Notes: a model not told the origin generated them from the sequence alone. A DNA stretch of 64,000 bases from Candidatus Velthaea sp. (GCA_965214935.1 CBDCCS010000011.1:96001-160000); one strand, 5' to 3'. Positions 9,566 through 19,455 are shown, counted from the first letter of the stretch. Translations and numbers: made by a program.

Positions 9566-10117
9566 ATGGGCACGCTTAAAGTAACCGGCGGTACGCTGCG
9601 TAGCCGAAGCGTATCTGCGCCGAGCGGACGCAACGTTCGCCCGACCCCTGCGCGCGTCAAAGAGGCGCTTTTTTCTATCATCGCAAGCCGGATAGGCGAT
9701 GCGGCGGTTTTGGATTTGTTTTCCGGCAGCGGCGCACTTGGATTCGAGGCGCTTTCACGCGGTGCCGCACACGTCACCTTCGTTGAATCGCACCGCCCGA
9801 CCGCTCGTTCGCTGGAGCGAACGGCCGGCGCGTTGGGTGTTGCCGAGCGGATGCGCGTTATCGCGGTTCCCGCCGAACGCGCGACGGAGACGCTGAGCGG
9901 TCGATTCGATCTGGTTTTTGCCGATCCGCCGTATGCGCTGGCTTTTCCGGCAGCGGTTTTTGCGCGCTTAGCGGAGCGCGGCAACATCGACACGCTGAGC
10001 TTAGTCGTGTACGAGCATAGTTCGGCGGCCGGCGCGCCCGACGACCCGCGTTTCGTCGTCACCCGCACCGCCCGATACGGTTCGGTCGCACTAACGTTCC
10101 TGCGAGTTGCGGCGTGA
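9566..10117 (+). CDS. rsmD: 16S rRNA (guanine966-N2)-methyltransferase
   Basis: RPT..RVKEALF, LDLFSGSGALG.EALSRGA, DPPY; adjacent to coaD. Confidence 0.93.
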   Translation: MGTLKVTGGTLRSRSVSAPSGRNVRPTPARVKEALFSIIASRIGDAAVLDLFSGSGALGFEALSRGAAHVTFVESHRPTARSLERTAGALGVAERMRVIAVPAERATETLSGRFDLVFADPPYALAFPAAVFARLAERGNIDTLSLVVYEHSSAAGAPDDPRFVVTRTARYGSVALTFLRVAA

Positions 10118-10626
10118 TGGCCGCCCGCCGTCTCGGAGTCCGGGCGATTTACCCCGGTTCGTTCGATCCGCTCACCGTCGGACATGTCGACGTGATCGAA
10201 CGCGCAGCGGCCATTTTCGAACGCGTACTCGTTGCCGTCGTGGTCAATCCGCAAAAACGCGAACCGCTTTTTTCACGTGAGGAACGCAAAGGGATGATTG
10301 CCGAATCGTTGCATCATGTGACGAACGTCGAGGTCACCGATTTTCGGGGGCTCCTGGCACACTTTGTCAAAGCGCAAGAGATCGACGTCATCGTCAAAGG
10401 CTTGCGCGTCGTATCCGATTTCGAGAGTGAGATGTCGACCGCGCTGATGAATCGCTCGTTATCGAACGTTGAAACGGTATTTCTGCCCAGCGATCCGCGG
10501 TATTCGTTCTTGAGCTCGAGCTTGGTCAAAGAAGTGTTCTTCTTGGGCGGTGATATCGAGCAGTATGTCCCGTCTCCGGTCTTGCGTACCTTACATCAGA
10601 AGCGCGCCGTCCTTCGGCCGGCGTAG
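10114..10626 (+). CDS. coaD: Pantetheine-phosphate adenylyltransferase
   Basis: YPGSFDPLT.GH, KGLR..SDFE.E, SSSLVKEV. Confidence 0.96.
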   Translation: MMAARRLGVRAIYPGSFDPLTVGHVDVIERAAAIFERVLVAVVVNPQKREPLFSREERKGMIAESLHHVTNVEVTDFRGLLAHFVKAQEIDVIVKGLRVVSDFESEMSTALMNRSLSNVETVFLPSDPRYSFLSSSLVKEVFFLGGDIEQYVPSPVLRTLHQKRAVLRPA

Positions 10627-10656
10627 CCGCGCGAAGTTCAGATCGAAGGAGTCGAC

Positions 10657-11220
10657 TTGTCAATTTACCGGGTGATCGATAAACTTGAAGCATACATCAA
10701 AGACGGCACGGCGCTGCCGCTCAAGTATCGGGTGTTGAGCGAAGAACGCCTTATTGAGTTCATCGAGAAAATGCGTTCGACGTTGCCCGAGGAAGTCGGC
10801 CGGGCGAAGCTGATCGCGCGCGACAAAGATCGCGTCTTACGCGAGGCGCAAGAGAAAGCGCAGTCGATCGTTACCGAAGCGTCGACGGCACATGCCGCAA
10901 TGATCGACGAACACGAAATCGTTCGCCAGGCGCAACGTGCGGCCGAAGCCGTTCTCAACGCCGCCGAAGAGCATGCCGTGCGAATCCGTAACGGCGCCGA
11001 TGTGTATGCCGCACACGTTTTGAACGACCTCGACAACCGTTTGACGACCGCGCTGGGTTCGGTCAAGAAGGGCGTCGAGGCACTCGCCGGCGGGCGTAAC
11101 GCGCCGGCTGCCGTACCGCTCGCCGAAGCCGCCGCCAAATCCAAACGCGTTGCGTTCGATACGCAGCACGAGCAACATTTGCGCGACACCGCGCAATTGG
11201 AGTCGGTGCACGTCAGCTAG
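10657..11220 (+). CDS. Conserved coiled-coil protein of the type found downstream of coaD (DivIVA / F0 subunit b-like)
   Basis: GAAGGAG SD with TTG start; LPEE..RA...A...A..I...A heptad pattern, GAD.YA..VL. Confidence 0.7.
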   Translation: MSIYRVIDKLEAYIKDGTALPLKYRVLSEERLIEFIEKMRSTLPEEVGRAKLIARDKDRVLREAQEKAQSIVTEASTAHAAMIDEHEIVRQAQRAAEAVLNAAEEHAVRIRNGADVYAAHVLNDLDNRLTTALGSVKKGVEALAGGRNAPAAVPLAEAAAKSKRVAFDTQHEQHLRDTAQLESVHVS

Positions 11221-11263
11221 CCGGGTTCGCTGCGGCGCGATCTGCTCGCGCGGGTACTGACCG

Positions 11264-12004
11264 CTGACGGGCTGGCTGCCGGCCGGGACGGCGTTTTTGG
11301 CCTCGTCGGTCGAAGCTGTTGAAGCGCTGACGATCGTCCTGGCCGTCGGCGTCACTCGTTCGTGGCGTTCGGCACTTAGCGGGGCGGCTTGGGCGCTGGC
11401 AACGTTGGCTGGTGTCGTCGCCGTCTTCGGGCCGGCGATCGTCACCTTCGTACCGCTCGGCGCACTCAAAGCGATCGTCGGTACATTTTTGCTGGTGTTC
11501 GGGATGGCCTGGCTGCGCAAAGCCATCTTACGCTACAGCGGCCGCAAGGCGCTGCACGACGAAACCGCCGTCTACGCACGCCGGACGAAGTCCCTGCTCG
11601 ATGTCCCGGCTCGCTCGGGATTCGACCGGCTCGCATTTTTCACGGCGTATAACGCGGTACTTCTCGAAGGGCTCGAAGTCGCCGTCATCGTGGTCACGTT
11701 CGGCGCTGCATCGGCGGCCGGACTGCGCTGGGCGGCTGCCGGTGCGGCAGCCGCCGTCGCTATCGTCACCGCCGCCGGCATCGTGCTGCGCAAACCGTTT
11801 AGCCGCGTGCCGGAGAATGCACTCAAGTTCACGGTCGGAATCATGTTGACGTCATTCGGAACGTTCTGGTGCGGCGAAGGGATCGGGATCGTGTGGTGGC
11901 GCGACGATCTCTCGATCGGTCCAATTGTCGGGGTGTATTTGGGCGTCTCTGCGCTTACGATCGCGGCCGCCCGGCGTACGCCCGCGATGCGGCCCGTTGC
12001 GTGA
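11264..12004 (+). CDS. COG4280-type membrane protein (GDT1/TMEM165-like)
   Basis: Two acidic TM motifs VEAVEA and LLEGLEV; PENALKF.VG; start uncertain (CTG 11264 or TTG 11297). Confidence 0.75.
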   Translation: MTGWLPAGTAFLASSVEAVEALTIVLAVGVTRSWRSALSGAAWALATLAGVVAVFGPAIVTFVPLGALKAIVGTFLLVFGMAWLRKAILRYSGRKALHDETAVYARRTKSLLDVPARSGFDRLAFFTAYNAVLLEGLEVAVIVVTFGAASAAGLRWAAAGAAAAVAIVTAAGIVLRKPFSRVPENALKFTVGIMLTSFGTFWCGEGIGIVWWRDDLSIGPIVGVYLGVSALTIAAARRTPAMRPVA

Positions 12005-12189
12005 AGCTGCGTGCCGTTTGGACGTTTGTGGCCGGCGACTCGAAGTGTGCGCCGCTCGCCGTCGCCGTCGCCATCGGCGTCGCGGCCGTGCTGCTCCGCG
12101 CATCGCCGCAACTGGCCGCCGCGATCGGTGCAATTTTCATTGCTATTCTTGCTGCCGGTCTCGTCGCCGGTGTATTCGAACGAACGTAA
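12001..12189 (+). CDS. Small two-TM membrane protein
   Basis: GTG overlaps the upstream stop (GTGA); MKLRAVWTFVAGD followed by two hydrophobic segments. Confidence 0.6.
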   Translation: MKLRAVWTFVAGDSKCAPLAVAVAIGVAAVLLRASPQLAAAIGAIFIAILAAGLVAGVFERT

Positions 12190-12217
12190 GCGCCCGCTAA
12201 GAACGCGGTCGCGGCAG

Positions 12218-13168
12218 CTACACGGGTGGAGCTTGCACTCCGTGCGCGAACGCTTCGAGGAGCGCGCGGTCGATCGCCCGGACCCGCCCGCGATCGAGTT
12301 CGACGGCGTTGGCATTCTTGAGCCGCAGCAGGGCGCGTGCCGCCATGTCGCGCACGGTCCCGGCAGCGGCTGCAATCTGCGCTTGCGAAAGGTTCTCGAC
12401 GCCGGGCAAGCCGGCGGCCATCCCGGTCGTCGCCGGCGCGTACGACATGAGAAATTTCGCCACGCGTTGCAAAACATGCGCGAAGGCGAGATCGGCGATC
12501 GTATCGATCGAACGCCGCCGCGCTTGTGAAGCCGCGGCAAGAAAGCCCATAGCAAGTTCGCTATCGTTGCGAACGGCGTGGATGACGGCTTCGGCTGGAA
12601 TCATGACGATGGTCGTATCGGTCAGCGCTTCGGCTCGGGTCGTCGCTCCGCCGCCGTCGAAAGTGCCCGATTCGTTGAGCGGATCGTGCGTCAGACGCTC
12701 GCCCAGCGAATGCGTTTTGCCGTCCGGCGAAAGCAGCGTATAGACGACTTTGCCGCTGCGCACGAAGGCGAGATACGGCCAGACTTCGCCTTCGTCGAAA
12801 ATGGTGTCGCTTTGGCGGTAGTTGCGCTCGGTCGCCGTTTGAGCGAGATCCGAAATCGTGCCGGCCTTGGCGGTGGCAAAGGGCGCGCAGTGCGATAGGA
12901 ACGTCGCGGCATCGGCACGCTCGTCGATGCGTTCGAGCCGGATGGTCCAGCGGCCCGAGCCGCGATTGCGGGCGTCCCAGGAAAAGCGTCCCGGCCGGTA
13001 TTGCGCAAACTCGTTGCGTAACGACCGCGGATCGGCTTCTTCGTTCAACTCGAGCACCGCACCGACGCCTAGCCGGTCGAAGGCCTCGAAAATTTTGGCG
13101 CTGCGATTCGTCGCTGGAAGAGCGCGTGCGTCAATCGAGATCGCCGGTGCTCGGACGGTGGCCATCAC
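12218..13168 (-). CDS. Crp/Fnr-family regulator with N-terminal DUF2249-like domain
   Basis: N-terminal IDARALP..IFEAFDRL..DPRSL..FSW..W.I; cNMP-type domain IFDEGE; C-terminal HTH LSQAQIAAAAGTVR. Confidence 0.8.
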   Translation of the reverse strand: MMATVRAPAISIDARALPATNRSAKIFEAFDRLGVGAVLELNEEADPRSLRNEFAQYRPGRFSWDARNRGSGRWTIRLERIDERADAATFLSHCAPFATAKAGTISDLAQTATERNYRQSDTIFDEGEVWPYLAFVRSGKVVYTLLSPDGKTHSLGERLTHDPLNESGTFDGGGATTRAEALTDTTIVMIPAEAVIHAVRNDSELAMGFLAAASQARRRSIDTIADLAFAHVLQRVAKFLMSYAPATTGMAAGLPGVENLSQAQIAAAAGTVRDMAARALLRLKNANAVELDRGRVRAIDRALLEAFAHGVQAPPV

Positions 13169-13224
13169 CTGCTTAGATGCGCCTCAACGGGTAGGCATTC
13201 CCTGCGGCTCGAAATTCGGCTGCC

Positions 13225-14550
13225 ATGCCCAATCTTCGCCGCCGGGTCGCGCGCGGGCTCGATGGTCTGGCGATTCTCGTAATCGCGTTTGCGCTGTATC
13301 ATTTCTTTGTTGCGCCGCGTCTGCAGCCGGCGGTTGCGATCCCGGCTCCGCCGATTGCGCTACCACAGCTCAACGGCGGACGTTTTACCTTAGCTGCCCA
13401 TCGCGGCCGGGTCGTGTTCCTCGATTTTTGGGCCTCCTGGTGCCAACCGTGTCGAGAGTCGCTGCCGCTCGTCGAGCACTACGCACGCAATCATCCCGAC
13501 GTCGACGTCGTCGCCGTGGACGTCGCGGAAGCTACGTCGACGGCCGCCGGCTTTGCTCGCGAGCATCAATTGCGCAACGTCGTGCTCGACGCGGATGAAA
13601 TCGCAGCGCACGCCTACGGTGTAGATGGCTTTCCGACGATGATCGTCGTCGATCCGGCCGGTACGATTCGCGCCAAATGGAGCGGGTTCAATCCGGCGAT
13701 CGAACTTGCGATGGCCGATGCGCGTACGCGCTACAAACGCCGCTCGGCGGCCGTCGGGCCGTTCGGAAGCGTACCCGCGGGTGCCGCTGAACTCGGCGCC
13801 GCCGCGCCGCCGAAACCGCCGACATTCGTCATCGAAGACGATCCCAATACCCTCGATACGATTCGCAATACACCTTTTGGCTGGGCGCTCGGACCGCTTA
13901 CCCAAGGCTATCTCTTCCTCGTCAACGACCGAGGAGCGCTCGTCCCGGATCGCGCGCTCGCCGTCCCCTCGGTACGCAACGGAGGTATTTCCGCCGATGG
14001 CCGGACGATCACGTATCGTATCCGTGTCGGCCGCTGGTCCGACGGCCGGCCGTTCGATGCGCACGACGTCGGCTTCACCATCGATGCGCTACGCAATCCG
14101 AAAACGGCGGTGCCCGATACGTCGTCGGTTGCGGCGATCGGGTCCTATCAGATTCCCGATGCGCGGACGCTCGTCGTGCACCTCAAGACACCATCGGCAC
14201 CGTTCGTGACCTCGTTTCTCAGCGAAGGTGCCAGCGATCCGTTTAGCATTTTGCCGCGTCACATCGCGGCGGCTTATGCCTCGCTTGACCGCAGTTCGCT
14301 CGACACCGAGCCGATCGGCTTGGGTCCGTTTCGGCTGACGCAGTGGCGCCGTGGCGAGCGGCTGCGGTTCGAGCGCAATCCGTATTTCTGGCGTGGACCA
14401 GCGCGCAGTCCCGCCATCCGGGTGCTCGTCGAGCCCAACGCGGCAACCCGGCTGCTGCTCGTGCGGACCGGCGAGGCTGATGCCGTCGATCTGCCCGGCG
14501 CAATGGTCGACGCTGCGCGTGCGTTACCGCCATCCGGATCGCGGCCGTGA
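13225..14550 (+). CDS. TlpA-like thiol-disulfide oxidoreductase fused to the N-terminal part of a family-5 (peptide) ABC solute-binding protein
   Basis: FWASWCQPC followed in frame by NGGIS.DGRTITY, WSDG.PF.A.DV.FT, PIG.GPF.L..W..G. Confidence 0.8.
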   Translation: MPNLRRRVARGLDGLAILVIAFALYHFFVAPRLQPAVAIPAPPIALPQLNGGRFTLAAHRGRVVFLDFWASWCQPCRESLPLVEHYARNHPDVDVVAVDVAEATSTAAGFAREHQLRNVVLDADEIAAHAYGVDGFPTMIVVDPAGTIRAKWSGFNPAIELAMADARTRYKRRSAAVGPFGSVPAGAAELGAAAPPKPPTFVIEDDPNTLDTIRNTPFGWALGPLTQGYLFLVNDRGALVPDRALAVPSVRNGGISADGRTITYRIRVGRWSDGRPFDAHDVGFTIDALRNPKTAVPDTSSVAAIGSYQIPDARTLVVHLKTPSAPFVTSFLSEGASDPFSILPRHIAAAYASLDRSSLDTEPIGLGPFRLTQWRRGERLRFERNPYFWRGPARSPAIRVLVEPNAATRLLLVRTGEADAVDLPGAMVDAARALPPSGSRP

Positions 14551-15287
14551 CCACCAACATCGTCGATTACATTCAGCTCAATTTGCGCTCTCCGGTCTTT
14601 CGCGATCCGAGCGCACGGCTTGCCGTCGCTCGCGCGATCGACCGGCGACGCTTGGCAGCCGAGGTCTACCGGTCGACGCTCGTTCCGACCGACGGCGTTC
14701 AGAGCGATTCGCGTTATGGGGCGACGCGCCGCATCCCCGGACCTGCGCCCGGCGTTCGTCCGGCCGCATCGGGCGGCGCGCCGCGCGCGCTCGATTTTGC
14801 AATTGCGTCGGACTGGCGCAATAGTGCGGGCGCCGCGGTTGCTATTGCCGCCGAGTTGACGAACGCCGGCTTTTTGCCGACGATTCGCGGCTATTCGGAA
14901 GCGGCGTTTTGGGGCGCGAAAGAAGCCGGCGGCATCCTTGAAAACGGCCGTTACGATCTTGCACTGACGTCGTGGTCGCCGGGTCTCGATCCGGATCGCT
15001 CGTATCTTTTCGGTTGCGCGGCAACGCCGCCGGGCGGCGGCAATTCGATGTATTTCTGCGATCGCGCGTACGATCGCGATGAACGCTTGGGGGCACGCAC
15101 GTACGATCCGCTCGTGCGTGCCGCCTTTTACCGTGACGCCGGAAACCGGCTCGTTGCAGCGTTACCGATGTTGCCGCTGGGATTCGAGCGCCGCACCTAC
15201 GCCGTCAATGTCCGCTTGCTGGGCTTCCGGCCGAACGTACTGGGCCGCGATTTCTGGAATGCATGGCAATTCGGCACGACTCCGTAA
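14532..15287 (+). pseudogene. C-terminal part of the same family-5 solute-binding protein, separated by an apparent 1-nt frameshift
   Basis: F.D...R.AVA.AIDR, G.YDLAL..W, GGGN..YFCD motifs; other frame reads IRIAAVTTN directly after ARALP. Confidence 0.65.
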
Positions 15288-15317
15288 CGGGCGCCCGGTC
15301 ACGCACCGGTCGCGCCG

Positions 15318-16124
15318 TTATCGCGCGCGGAAAAGCGGTGCGCGCTTAGCGCTAAACGCTTGCGTGCCTTCGCGAAAATCCGCCGTATCGATCAGGCCGG
15401 CAAAGTGCCGAGCCTCAATCGCGAGCGCATCGTCGAGCCGTCGTTCGGCGCCGTCATCGATCGCTGCTTTCGCCGCCGTGATTGCAAGCGGAGCTTTCGC
15501 TGCAATCAACTCGGCAATGCGGCGTGCTTCGTCCATCAACGCAGCGCCCGGAACGACGCGTTGCACCAAACCGATGCGTAACGCTTCGGCGGCATCGATC
15601 GGCTCGCCGGAAAGGCACAAGTACATCGCCATTCCGCGGCCGACGAGCCGAGCTAAACGCTGCGTCCCGCCGTAGCCCGGTATTAAGCCTAAATTAACTT
15701 CGGGCTGTCCGAAACGAGCCGACTCGCTTGCGATACGAATGTCGGCGGCTAATGCAAGTTCGCATCCACCGCCGAGCGCGTATCCGTTAACCGCTGCGAT
15801 GACCGGCGCGTGCAACCGTTCCATCCGGCGCGTAATCGATTGTCCCAAGCGCGCGAGATGCAGACCTTCGGCGCCGTCGTGCAATGCACCCAATTCGGTG
15901 ATATCTGCTCCGGCAGCAAACGCTCTGTCGCCCGCGCCGGTGAGAATGACCGCGCGTACGGCTGCGTCCGCTTCGATCGTGGTAAGTGCGGCGGAAAGTT
16001 CGTCGAATACGCGCGCGTTGAGCGCATTGCGTACCGCCGGCCGATCGATGGTCAACGTCACGATGCCGTTCTGCATGTGAACGGCGAGCAATTCATTCAT
16101 CGCCGTTCGGCTTTGGTCGGTCAT
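15318..16124 (-). CDS. Enoyl-CoA hydratase / crotonase
   Basis: AFAAGADI, AVNGYALGGGCELALA.DIR, FGQPEVNLG.IPGYGGTQRL; start 16124 or 16100. Confidence 0.92.
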   Translation of the reverse strand: MTDQSRTAMNELLAVHMQNGIVTLTIDRPAVRNALNARVFDELSAALTTIEADAAVRAVILTGAGDRAFAAGADITELGALHDGAEGLHLARLGQSITRRMERLHAPVIAAVNGYALGGGCELALAADIRIASESARFGQPEVNLGLIPGYGGTQRLARLVGRGMAMYLCLSGEPIDAAEALRIGLVQRVVPGAALMDEARRIAELIAAKAPLAITAAKAAIDDGAERRLDDALAIEARHFAGLIDTADFREGTQAFSAKRAPLFRAR

Positions 16125-16185
16125 CGCATCAGCCCTTTTTACGCGGTGCACGGACAGCCGCAACGTTTTTTGGTATAACAGCTAT

Positions 16186-16818
16186 ATGCGTACCGCCTAT
16201 CATCAGTCTTTGGAAAATACGCGGCTCGACGTCGTGCGGCTCGGCGCGTTAGCGGAGGACGCGATTCATTCGGCGGCTCAAGCACTCGAACGGCGGGACG
16301 TCACACTGGCCGGACGCGTCATTGCCGGTGACGACGAGATCGATGAGATGCGACGCTCCGTCGAGGCGTCTTGCATCGAGCTGATTTGGAAGCAGCAACC
16401 CGTCGCGGGCGAGCTGCGTTCGATTGCGGGAATGTTGCAGATCGTCACGGATCTTGAGCGCATCGGCGATTACGCCGTCGACATCTCGAAGAATGCAATT
16501 AAGCTCGCCGACGTGGCCGTCCGTCCGGCGACGGTTGAAACAGGGCGAATTGCCGCTTTGGCACAAGCGATGCTTTCCGATGTCATGCGCGCGTATCGCG
16601 AAGCCGACAACGATCTCTGCGATGCGGTCATCGAACGCGACGATCAGGTCGACGAACTGTACCGCGACGGCATCGCCGCGTTGCAGCGCGAGATGCAGAG
16701 CGATCCGCAAGTCGTCCCGGCCGGTACGCTGCTGCTCTTCGTCATCTCGATCATCGAGCGAGTCGGCGATCGTGCGCAAAACATTGCCTGGCATACCAAG
16801 GACATCTACGAGCGATGA
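16186..16818 (+). CDS. phoU: Phosphate signalling protein PhoU
   Basis: QQPVA.ELR, DLERIGDYA, ERVGD.A.NIA. Confidence 0.93.
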   Translation: MRTAYHQSLENTRLDVVRLGALAEDAIHSAAQALERRDVTLAGRVIAGDDEIDEMRRSVEASCIELIWKQQPVAGELRSIAGMLQIVTDLERIGDYAVDISKNAIKLADVAVRPATVETGRIAALAQAMLSDVMRAYREADNDLCDAVIERDDQVDELYRDGIAALQREMQSDPQVVPAGTLLLFVISIIERVGDRAQNIAWHTKDIYER

Positions 16819-17972
16819 TCGAGAGGCGGATGGCGGCGCACGTTGCGCCGCTCGCTCGCGAACACTTTGCGCTCGACCCGTCGATCACATACCTCAATCA
16901 CGCCGCCGTCGGCGTTTTACCGATCGTTACGCGCGATGCACTCAAGGCGTTCGTCGACGATCATGCCGCCCGCGGTGTGCTCGGCGTCGTCGCCACCGAG
17001 CTGAACATGCCGGCCTTTCGCGCCGCCGTGGGCCGCTTTATCGGCGCGAGCGGTACGGAGATCGCGTTGTTGCGCAACACCGGTGACGGCGCGACGATTT
17101 TGGCCCAGGGCCTCGAGCTGCAAACCGGCGATGAGATCATCATCAACCGTAACGAGTTCGGCTCGAACGCGTATCCGTGGCTGGCGCTCGGCAAACGCGG
17201 AGTGACGGTGCGCTTCATCGATGCGCCGCGCGAGCGTATGACGCCCGACGTACTAGCGCGCGAAATTGGACCGCGCACCAAAGCCGTTGCGGTGTCGTGG
17301 GTTTCGTTCGATGATGGTTACCGGCACGATCTCGCAGCTTTAGCGGAAGTAACGCATCGCGCCGGTGCACTGTTCTTCGTCGATGCAATTCAAGGTCTCG
17401 GCGCATTCCCGTTCGACGTGCGAGCGATGGGGATCGACGCGTGTTATGCCGGCGGCGCAAAGTGGCTGATGGCTTTGCAAGGCGTGAGCTTTCTCTACGT
17501 ACGCGCAGACCTAATCGAACGCATCGCGCTGAACTTGCCGAGCTGGCGGAGCGTCGCGGACATGTGGAATTTTCTCGATTACGATCAGGCCTGGGCAAAG
17601 GATGCAACGCGTTACGAAGGCGGTACACCGAATTTCGCCGGGGCGCTTTCGCTGGCGACGTCGATTCGGCTGCTCGCACAAGCGGGCACGGACTGCATTG
17701 GCGCGCACGTTTTAGCGCTCACCGATTACTTGTGCGAAGAATTGCAGGCTGCCGGCTGTACGATTTCGAGCGTTCGCAACGCGGCTGAGCGCAGCGGCAT
17801 CGTCCGGTTCGCAAAGCCCGGAGTCGATCCGCTCGAACTCGGCAAGGTCGTTGCGCGCTCCGGTTTCGTGACGACGAATCGAGCGAGCGGCATTCGCGTT
17901 TCACCGCACGGCTACAATAGCTTTGCGGAGATTGAAGCCTTCGGCGAACTCATCGCTGCGATAACCGCTTAA
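16815..17972 (+). CDS. Class V PLP-dependent aminotransferase (cysteine desulfurase-like fold)
   Basis: YLNHAA, VDAIQ.LG, GGAKWL (PLP lysine), YE.GT.N, RVSPH.YN. Confidence 0.88.
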   Translation: MIERRMAAHVAPLAREHFALDPSITYLNHAAVGVLPIVTRDALKAFVDDHAARGVLGVVATELNMPAFRAAVGRFIGASGTEIALLRNTGDGATILAQGLELQTGDEIIINRNEFGSNAYPWLALGKRGVTVRFIDAPRERMTPDVLAREIGPRTKAVAVSWVSFDDGYRHDLAALAEVTHRAGALFFVDAIQGLGAFPFDVRAMGIDACYAGGAKWLMALQGVSFLYVRADLIERIALNLPSWRSVADMWNFLDYDQAWAKDATRYEGGTPNFAGALSLATSIRLLAQAGTDCIGAHVLALTDYLCEELQAAGCTISSVRNAAERSGIVRFAKPGVDPLELGKVVARSGFVTTNRASGIRVSPHGYNSFAEIEAFGELIAAITA

Positions 17973-18162
17973 GGCAATTGCACGTACTCCATTCCTGATT
18001 GCGATCGCAATTCGTCGGTGACGACTCGCGAGTTCGCCTTGTAAATAGTCGGCCCGCTCGCAAAGTGCCTCGCCAAAATGGAGCCGGTTTGTGCGAGCCG
18101 CGCCGTTTACTACTTAGCGCATCAATCTTAGCGCAATGCGCAACTCGCAGTCGCTCTCGACG

Positions 18163-18654
18163 TCAGTCGTTCGCCGTCATTGCTCGGCCGGCGCGGCTCT
18201 GTTCTGAGGCGAGATGCGCTTCGAGCTTTTCGAATGTTTCTGCCCAGCCGATGTTCGCGTTGGCGACGTAGTCTGCTTCAAAGTCCGCCGAGCTTTGCAC
18301 GATCGTCAGCTCAGTCTTTTCGCCTCGGTCTTCAAACGTGACGGTCATGCGTATCTTCAGTGCAGGGCTTCCCGGCCGTTCAAGTACGCCGGCGGAAACG
18401 AGGCGTTGCTCCGGAACGACTTCCTCGAACGTTCCGCTGACGACGACGAGGCCGCCGCCCGGCGTCCGCATTTCGCGCCGGAAACGGCCGCCGGGCCGGC
18501 GGTCGGCCTCGTCCAGCGACACCGTGCAACCGTGAGGACCCCACCAGCGCGAAACGTGCGCCGGGTCAGTCCAGACTTTCCAAACCAGAGATCGGGGCGC
18601 GTCGAGTACCCGGGTAACGGAAAAGGTCGTTGCCGCAGGGACGCTATCGTTCAT
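18163..18654 (-). CDS. SRPBCC / AHSA1-domain protein
   Basis: TRVLDAPRSLVWKVWTDP..WWGP, C-terminal GW...FEKL. Confidence 0.88.
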   Translation of the reverse strand: MNDSVPAATTFSVTRVLDAPRSLVWKVWTDPAHVSRWWGPHGCTVSLDEADRRPGGRFRREMRTPGGGLVVVSGTFEEVVPEQRLVSAGVLERPGSPALKIRMTVTFEDRGEKTELTIVQSSADFEADYVANANIGWAETFEKLEAHLASEQSRAGRAMTAND

Positions 18655-18994
18655 CGCAATCTCCAGTCTGCAATTCGCGCAGATATGTTTCGAGGCGGTC
18701 GAGGCGGCCGTTCCAGGCTCGTGTCTGCTCGGCGATCCAGTCGCTTGCGAGCCCGAGCCGCTCGCCGGCGAGCGTACAGCCGACGGTGCGGCCGCGTTTC
18801 GTCCGGGTGACGAGCGCGGCGCTTTCAAGGACGTCGAGGTGCTTGATGACGGCTTGCAGCGTAACGGGATAGGCGCGTGCAATCTCGCCGACCGACGCGT
18901 CGCCCGTGACAAGGCGCGCGACGATCGAGCGTCGCGTCGGATCGGCAAGCGCCGCGAAAACGCGGTCTAAGTTCGCCGGCAAATACTCAACCAT
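18644..18994 (-). CDS. ArsR/SmtB-family repressor
   Basis: LDRVF.ALADPTRR.IV, KHL.VLE.A.LV...KRGR; typical ArsR-SRPBCC pair. Confidence 0.92.
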   Translation of the reverse strand: MVEYLPANLDRVFAALADPTRRSIVARLVTGDASVGEIARAYPVTLQAVIKHLDVLESAALVTRTKRGRTVGCTLAGERLGLASDWIAEQTRAWNGRLDRLETYLRELQTGDCDER

Positions 18995-19030
18995 CTGGTT
19001 CAGTATCGGCCAAGTCGACGTTCTTGTCAA
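18984..19030 (-). promoter_or_regulatory. Sigma-70 promoter TTGACA-N17-GATACT with an operator-like palindrome over the arsR start
   Basis: -35 at 19030-19025, -10 at 19007-19002, ATG 7 nt later; inverted repeat TACTCAACCA-TC-TGGTTCAGTA (18984-19005). Confidence 0.65.
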
Positions 19031-19455
19031 GCGCCGCCGCACGATGTGCGATCGGGCATCGCAGCATATCCTTTGCGACAACTTCACGACGACCGTAATC
19101 GAGCGATACGCCTACGTTCCAGCGAAGCAGCACCGCTACGAGACTTTTTGTCGAACTAGCGAAGCATTACCGTGCGACGGCTAGACTGCACGCGTCAAAT
19201 CGATACAGATCGGGTGAGGTCGAGCGTTTTCACCGCTTGCGTGAATCGCTATATGCGCCACTTACCACCTTGCAGGTCCGATGTGTTGACGTAATAACGG
19301 CGCAGCACCAGCTTCGAATGTGGGTTGACGAAAACACGTCATTGTCGCCAAATCGTCGTACGCAGTACAGCACGATCGGTCGGTCACGTCCTCAATGCAT
19401 TCACTGCACGCTCGACGGAACCGTACGTGCACGTGCAGTCGCTGCCGTGCGCCGG

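Noticed and set aside
19090..19455. Intergenic stretch with a possible gene remnant (GKWRI-like fragment on minus strand)
   Set aside because: Too short and interrupted to assign
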